Positions 59,301 to 64,000 of a stretch of 64,000 nt of DNA are shown here, piece after piece (position 1 is the first letter of the stretch; every line of letters starts with the position of its first letter). This DNA is from Amoebophrya sp. A120 (lineage: Eukaryota > Protista > Dinoflagellata): contig CAJINV010000004.1 in assembly GCA_905178155.1 (NCBI GenBank), positions 1,661,034 to 1,725,033 on the forward strand, read 5' to 3'. Made by a program: the position numbers and the translations under genes. The notes beneath the pieces are model-generated. The model was not told the DNA's origin, ran no database searches, and worked only from the letters and a program-made list of their open reading frames with translations.

Positions 59301-62300
59301 AAGTTGCGCCCCAGGTAGCGCCGCCGGACGTTTCAAAGTTGATCGATGACGACCTCAACCCCTACACGTTAGTGGAAAAAGACGGCGTCACCATCAAGAA
59401 AAGAAACCGTCGCGGACGGCCCAAGGGCCTCACTCGCGCACAATGCCCCCACTGGCGTAAGCCCGGTCGGAAGCCCAAGCAGCCAACAGCTTCGGACCTT
59501 GTGCAGCCCCTTCGAGATCAGCCCCAGGGCAATGGCGCAAAAGCAATTTTTGAAAATGAAGTCGCTAGTGCGTTTGTTGCTTCTCGAGTTTTTGATCAAG
59601 AGAAGGATGGCGAGGCGATTTGTTGGACAGTACAAGTCACCAGGGTGGAGGCGTTTACAGGACCAGACGCCGCCAAATGGCTGGAAGCTGATACGCTAGA
59701 GCGTACACAGCTAGAAGCACTTAAGTGCTGGAGGCCGTTACAAGATGGCGAATTCGGTAAGGACGACGAGATCATCCCGGCCGTTGTGATTTACACTCGC
59801 AAACGGTGCGGAAGATTCAAGGCCCGCCTTGTTGCACTCGGAAACCGCCAGACGAAAGTCATGCGCGCCGAAGTGTTCTCCCCGACCGTTTCCCATGCCG
59901 CGACCCGCACCCTGCTGGTTGATGCCGCCGCTTCGGCTAAGTTCGTTGAACAATTCGACATCTCGAATGCGTTCATCCGTTCTGCCTTAGACGAATCGGA
60001 TAGAGTCTTTGTTCGCTTACCCAAACACTGGAGCACGGATCCCCGTGGCGACAAAGTCAGACTTTTGAAATCCTTATACGGACTCAAAATCGCGCCACGC
60101 AAGTGGTATGATACGTATGCCGCGTATCTTCTGGAAGACGGCTGGAAACGCTGCCCCCAGGAACCCGGACTATTCAAGAAGAATGGGCTGACGCTGGCCA
60201 TCTACGTTGATGACTCTCTCATCTCGGGCGAGAATTTCGACGAGGTGTCCGCCGCCTGCGCCCGTATCCTTGGTAAGTTCGAAGGCAAACTTATCCCCGC
60301 AGAGAAAGAAGGCTCTTTCGATGTTCGGGATATCCTTGGCGTTCGTATGCGTTACGATCGGCAACGGAAGACCTTGCGTCTTGATTTGGAGAAAGCCATC
60401 AAGAAGCTTGCGGAAAAGTTCAAAATCGACGCTGGAAAGCCACTTTCCACGCCGTGCGTTTACACCGACTTTGATGAAGGAAAGCCGCTGCCGGATTATC
60501 CGCTGCGTAGCCTCATCGGGGGACTGCAGTACATTGCAACCATGGCCCGCCCAGATTGCATGTTCGCAGTGAACAGGGTCGCACGAGCTCAAGTCAAGCC
60601 TACAGCTTCTGTCGTGACAGCGGCAAAGCGCGTAGTCAGGTACTTGCTGCAGACTTCCCATGTCGTTCTAGAGTACACACCGGAACGGGAGCGGGAATTT
60701 CGCAAGCAATATACTGAAGTGCTTGAGGAGCAGAATTCCAAACAGTCCCTCCCGGATTTTGTAGGATTCAGCGATGCAGATTTTGCTGGGTGTTCCGTCA
60801 CCCTCCGCAGCAGCAGTGGAAGCATTCTCTTTTTCAGGGGCATGCCCATCGCTTGGTCTAGCAAGCGCCAGACACTTCGCGCATACTCAACATGCGAGAG
60901 CGAGTACATTGCCCTCTTCGACACGTTGAAGCTATCGCAGGCTCAGGGGTATCTGGAGTGGCTCGATGAAAATCAGTCTCTTCCCGGTATTCTCTTTGTG
61001 GACAACAAATCTGCAATCGAAGTTGCGCGCTCGGAGTTACCAACCAAGAAGACGAAACACTTCTTGCTCCGTTTTCATGAAGTCAAGGATCACGTCGAAA
61101 ACATCGCGCACGTACCCACCGGCGTGAACAAGGCTGATCCCTTGACCAAACCAATGGGAAATCCTTTGCTGTGTTTCCACGCGTGCGCCCACCCATCTAT
61201 TGACTTAGATGATAGCAAGATAGGTCTGCCGGCTGTCTACGCCGCTTCGGTTTTCGAATCGTAGTCCGTCTTCCGCGTGTCACACTCGAAGGCTGCACAT
61301 GCCTGCGGAATTGTGTAGGATTCTAGTGCCCGTCTGATTTTCCTTCATCCGCGCCCAAAACTTCGACAAGTTTCTGAGGGGGGGAGGTTTTTCATCAGTT
61401 TCGTGGTTCTTCTTTGTGCCGTAGCCATGAGAGATTGCTTGTCGGTCTCGTCGTGAGTGAGCCAAAGACGCTAGATTTATGTTTGCATTTGGAGCGAACC
61501 ATCATCGTAGCATCGGGATTCAGTGGATTTATGCATCACGGTGTCGCTTTCTAGGATTTTGCAATGCCTATTTTCTATACTTCTGTGACTATCCACTACA
61601 CCAATATCGTTCCATCCTGTCACTAGGGGGAATGTAGGCAAGTGAATAGTCATGAGGGGGAATGTAGGCATGCAGATCAAATCACCATGTAGAGCTCATG
61701 ACACGCTGCAAACACGATGCAAATCCCACCTGAAATCCACGATCTGAAATCACATCCAAGAGCGAAGAGCGATGCAAATCGAGAGATGATGATGTGATGA
61801 TGATGATGAACTTGTTCCTTTCCCCAATGCAACAGTAACGTGGATGCTAGAACTTGTAGGTTGTCTACCGGCCTACATGGTAGTTTTAGTGTTCTAACAG
61901 ACTGCGAATTCGAATCCAAGTATCGAAGGAAAAAAGAAAACCATACACAATCGTATCTATCAGTCTGCTCCATTTTTTTTTTTTGGAAAACGAAATAAAC
62001 GTCACCAGTTCTTGCATGCAGTAGGTACTACACATCACAGCATGGTGGAAGATTGATCCGTCAACATGCACGGCAACTGTCTTCCTGTAGCTCTTGCCAA
62101 ACGAGGACCTGCAAAATGGTGTTTGACTGATTGTGATTAGTGATCATGTTTGTCTTTTTTCTCACCTCCATACCAGCGTGATTTCTTTCGCCTGGAACAC
62201 TTTTTGCTGGCTGGTTTTCGTCTTGCTTTTCGGAATTCCGTTGTGGTTGTTCCTGTTTTGCTGCTTCCTGTTTTGTATGAAATGTAAAAATGTCTGGGTC

Positions 62301-64000
62301 TGGAAGAATGCGCGATTTGTCATGCAGCTTTTCCATGACCCATGAGGTCTGGAATGCAGGACATAGCATGACAGATTCTGCGCGATCTTTCCCATGCCAA
62401 TCCTGCATGAGAAACTGCCTCCCGACTTGGTCAAAACTGGACGACTTTTGGTAATCATGCAATACAGATTTTTGCATGCTTCAGATTTAGCATGACAAGT
62501 TGGATTCTTCCAGACCCAGACATTTTTACAGTTGATATTTTGCTGCGACCCACAGTACAGCATCAACGCGTATTTTAACGAGCCGCCGGACGGGTACTTC
62601 CTGCGAAACAGCGACTCGAAATATTGAGAGAAAAAATCCCCCCTCCCCATATCGAAAAGGTATGTTTCCGAAAATTTGTCTTGCTGATTTGGGACAACAA
62701 ATCAACACGTCTGTCTTGCAAGAAGACAACCCCGCAGGCTCTGCCGCATTATGCAGGCGGTTCGTGATGCTGCTGGGCCTACAGCATAGTCGTTTCTCAT
62801 GCTAAGCGCTGCGCCTAGGCCAAAAGCTCTCTACTCAGGCTCGGCAGGAGCCTGCAGCCCTCTACTGCAAGACAGGCCTGATTTGTATACGCATACCCAG
62901 CATCAGAAACTCCCTTTTGATATGCGGAGGGGGGATTTTTCCTTTTGATACGAAAGCTGCGGTGGCGAAGGAACTACAGGCGGAAGCGAATCTGTACGCT
63001 CCGGGGCGGGCGCTGCCGCGGGCAGTGGTGCAAGCAGGGGCTGCATCAGGACAACTAGATGGTGGAGGTGGTGTAGCTGGATCGGTAGGAGTACAACTAG
63101 GACCGCAGCCAATTTTACCCGCACCTGGAGCTGCAAGAATTCCACCCCAAGACCAGGCCGCGGCCGCGGCATCGCAAGCAGGCCAAAAAGTTCAGACAAA
63201 CGCCACGAACTACTTTACAGCAAGTGCGGTGGAGAATTACGGTTACATGGAGAGTACAAATGCACCGGGAGCAGGTCTTGTTCCATACGCCGCGCCGCCA
63301 GACTCCTCTTTTGTCGCAACCGGAACTTCTGGCACAGCAGCTGCTTCATCAGCAGGCACGGTGAAGACCGCGCTTCAGCAAAGCCGTGCAGTGGTGGAAG
63401 AAGTGCCGCAAAAGCAATCGGCGTCCTCCACCGCATCGGGAACAACTACTGTTGGCACCCGTTCGGTGCCGGCGATACAGCAAATGCCAGTACTGCAAGA
63501 AGACCAAACTGCCCTCGTTTCTGGGCGGACCGATCAAAACGGTGGACTGGCGGGTACGGCCGCGGTAGCAGCAACAGGGAACAATTATATCAAACCATCG
63601 GGGGCAGGAGCAACAACGAGTAGTGCCGACCCGACTGTCGTGACGAGGAAAACGCGGCGGGCTCTTATCAAATGCAAATATGTCTGGTTCTGGAAGAATG
63701 CAGATTTTTGTCATGCTGTTTTTGCATGACACAGAAAGTCTGTCATGGAAGCCCTAGGAGCATCACAGATCTCGAGAACGTTCCGCAATGCAACCCCCCT
63801 TTTTGGTGACAGAAAACGGAAACCTTTTGCTGCCTATGCATGAGAGATTTGCGCGCGTTGTGGAATTCGCATCACAAATTTTTTGGATCCTTCCAGACCC
63901 AGACATTTTTGCATTTGATAGCTCGCGGAGTAGAAGAACAAGTCCTAACCGGACCTCCATCGGCCAGATTAGGCGAGAATGATGAAAATTATGGAACAAA
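50324..64000 (+). CDS. Unknown signal-peptide, Cys-rich membrane protein (3'-partial); 9 IEs, GT-AG intron 51469-51619, exon interrupted by Copia
   Basis: MNMSYFFFLYTALFSCFISFADA N-terminus; continuous frame after removing IEs and the LTR element (...MYRVSD|CEFES.VISFAWNTFCWLVFVLLFGIP...); start could be 50204. Confidence 0.7.
52372..53700. repeat. ~92-bp GC-rich hairpin minisatellite, ~14 copies
   Basis: Unit contains ccctaggcca-tga-cgcggggac-cga-gtccccgcg-c-tggcctaggg stem-loop. Confidence 0.92.
53764..54052. repeat. Short 11-23 bp repeats (ccggggtgtgtccgaaagtctgc; ggggtatgtct) with inverted copies
   Basis: Direct reading. Confidence 0.7.
54315..54583. mobile_element. IE F1
   Basis: TSD gccga/gccga. 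Confidence 0.9.
54748..54993. mobile_element. IE F5
   Basis: TSD ggccg/ggccg. Confidence 0.93.
55096..55212. mobile_element. Short IE with lost TSD, readable as GT-AG intron 55095-55213
   Basis: tatccaggaaaaacaccca...tgggtgttttttcatggata; flanks tgttg/gggta. Confidence 0.75.
55297..55419. mobile_element. IE F2 (internally deleted)
   Basis: flanks ttagc/ttggc. Confidence 0.85.
55464..55699 (+). repeat. 5' LTR
   Basis: tgtaggcatg...gttctaaca. Confidence 0.95.
55835..61264 (+). CDS. Copia Gag-Pol polyprotein
   Basis: Zn knuckle CQFCRHKGHDVSEC, protease ITDSGATHHM, integrase HQRLGH..CPDC and D-D-E (TDFF, CDNE, NVER), RT FKARLVA/YVDD, RNase H FSDADFAG. Confidence 0.97.
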   Translation: MATGNEKDPPPKMATKLEAAEDWARWSFDLFRILEGYPRNPPPTSTAVGASSSSSAPSSGAGTAWKDWAELYADYRKDIASGTDIPTALAKIETAPSWNSWTAKPLAAMISQSCGPDPHQILRAITGPQPTHLLRMVWALENKYASQKMATRFAAVVELIRMRMNPGEFADEYANRVRAVFREKLGGKILLPEFLAGCILSGLPDNFAPTVATLMANEVTDADRITTTLREFQRVAGETKTEDSKANSAKVVALEKSQEKLRKELASVKAIANKGKGKTQKPEDTQKAKRCQFCRHKGHDVSECRKKKAADAKKTASGTPPGTGKNKKAGANCARVFPLQVTAEDETTNKRPRARSGSLSSVASLLSSSESQEQTTASNTKKANTNSAAAVVVHTAEKKTATAPVQLPELNGITNGVTVGKKKNTPWGLSDTLPMFVREHEHRMATDENYARKAVELPYTLAGEKAEQVRKFYETRQPQQNKNSVNQGYCERAPLGVRSPHLKTVNFYLASVLLALLLSVLWFFVFVCFTFLNCPTLVIGSPIYRFTSCLAKAATQIWNLFGPCPPKILKKFGISLPRNSFKKLNPRRLLRLPSYAAGCAAYTSLPNVLNSSRHARAHFVQQPKAKDGLRVLKVITDSGATHHMFPHESMFESFTGETVSLTTADGECSEPAKIGILKPNNLGARVALYHPALQVCLLSVETMAQDGGSYYHAKEERWIQDASGYRHTVKIRQKLPCVGFYLLEGEALANVIGNQNSCSALRLHQRLGHLGVQGIKVHCPDCAVSKSYGSQQHRKVRPATYLHKEWMDQVETDFFSGGLPASMDGNTICITLRDSATDWLEPWGITDKAQCGKVLRDFATQVGVPKVARCDNEPVLKGMEGPWKEACREINCVAGHSVPREPQGNGNVERWHRTLGDGLRANLQGVDPRLWDWCARYVAYVKNRVQRKTKFPAPFYKRFGRQADVKHLRRFGCVAYVRKHIPSDKAESTKLVDRYEKGIFLGYSRESSSYVVGVFHHDARAKSGQRWTTVESRSVKFDEDTLVPNVNALRKPDKEPSQRQAPNADDSAGAVRSDSDRLRAALEEVEKRWKQTSEGVEEPALKRRKTESPPPAPETAQGGDKENESAGSPTDGDGRGAAPADGPAQEGGNSAPVAPQVAPQVAPPDVSKLIDDDLNPYTLVEKDGVTIKKRNRRGRPKGLTRAQCPHWRKPGRKPKQPTASDLVQPLRDQPQGNGAKAIFENEVASAFVASRVFDQEKDGEAICWTVQVTRVEAFTGPDAAKWLEADTLERTQLEALKCWRPLQDGEFGKDDEIIPAVVIYTRKRCGRFKARLVALGNRQTKVMRAEVFSPTVSHAATRTLLVDAAASAKFVEQFDISNAFIRSALDESDRVFVRLPKHWSTDPRGDKVRLLKSLYGLKIAPRKWYDTYAAYLLEDGWKRCPQEPGLFKKNGLTLAIYVDDSLISGENFDEVSAACARILGKFEGKLIPAEKEGSFDVRDILGVRMRYDRQRKTLRLDLEKAIKKLAEKFKIDAGKPLSTPCVYTDFDEGKPLPDYPLRSLIGGLQYIATMARPDCMFAVNRVARAQVKPTASVVTAAKRVVRYLLQTSHVVLEYTPEREREFRKQYTEVLEEQNSKQSLPDFVGFSDADFAGCSVTLRSSSGSILFFRGMPIAWSSKRQTLRAYSTCESEYIALFDTLKLSQAQGYLEWLDENQSLPGILFVDNKSAIEVARSELPTKKTKHFLLRFHEVKDHVENIAHVPTGVNKADPLTKPMGNPLLCFHACAHPSIDLDDSKIGLPAVYAASVFES
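61663..61899 (+). repeat. 3' LTR
   Basis: Identical to 5' LTR for 182 bp, divergent over the last ~55 bp. Confidence 0.95.
61921..62172. mobile_element. Decayed IE F4-related
   Basis: tatcgaaggaaaaaaga...tcttttttctcacctccata; flanks ccaag/ccagc; frame restored. Confidence 0.65.
62276..62537. mobile_element. IE F1
   Basis: TSD ttttg/ttttg. Confidence 0.93.
62622..62950. mobile_element. IE F3
   Basis: TSD cgaaa/cgaaa. Confidence 0.92.
63666..63920. mobile_element. IE F1 (reverse orientation vs 28504)
   Basis: flanks gctct/gctcg. Confidence 0.9.

Larger units (their letters stand above)
55464..61899 (+). mobile_element. Intact Ty1/Copia LTR retrotransposon
   Basis: TG...CA LTRs, TSD gactg/gactg, PPT gagggggaa 61654-61662, single gag-pol ORF in PR-INT-RT-RH order. 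Confidence 0.97.

Noticed and set aside
61419-61428. ccgtagccat match to the dinoflagellate spliced leader (also ttttggctca near 49390)
   Set aside because: Only ~10 nt each, in a Copia 3' region and inside an IE; compatible with chance.
4728-63999. Recurrent short ORF peptides such as IKCKNVWVWK, LSNAKMSGSGR, PDPDIFAF
   Set aside because: Translations of IE terminal repeats, not a protein repeat family.

Overview
Eukaryotic genomic DNA with every recognisable gene on the + strand. It is most consistent with a syndinian dinoflagellate such as Amoebophrya (inference from the intron type, not from a marker gene). The dominant feature is 56 short elements (mostly 117-329 bp, about 12 terminal-repeat families) inserted in coding exons. 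Each starts with TAT and ends with ATA (a few old copies ACA/AGA), has imperfect terminal inverted repeats (TIRs) and is flanked by a 5-bp direct repeat (TSD). Removing the element plus 5 nt restores the reading frame at every junction I could read, so they behave as non-canonical introns (introner elements, IEs, a class already reported in Amoebophrya). Reconstructed genes: two paralogues of an unknown secreted protein, a truncated and a complete Patched/NPC1-like sterol-sensing protein (within a ~6 kb tandem duplication), a single-domain voltage-gated cation channel with an EF-hand, an intronless SNAP50/SNAPC3-like gene, a 4-TM protein, an SDP1/TGL-type patatin lipase, and a Cys-rich membrane protein whose exon is interrupted by an intact Ty1/Copia retrotransposon. 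Most interesting: the same IE families occur in both orientations within sense transcripts; unrelated families share an internal GCATNACAA motif; duplicated genes show empty versus filled sites; inter-IE spacing clusters at 38 and 48-49 nt; an exon is captured between two half-IEs; and some decayed IEs can be read as canonical GT-AG introns. All coordinates were read by eye, and no splicing is confirmed without RNA data.
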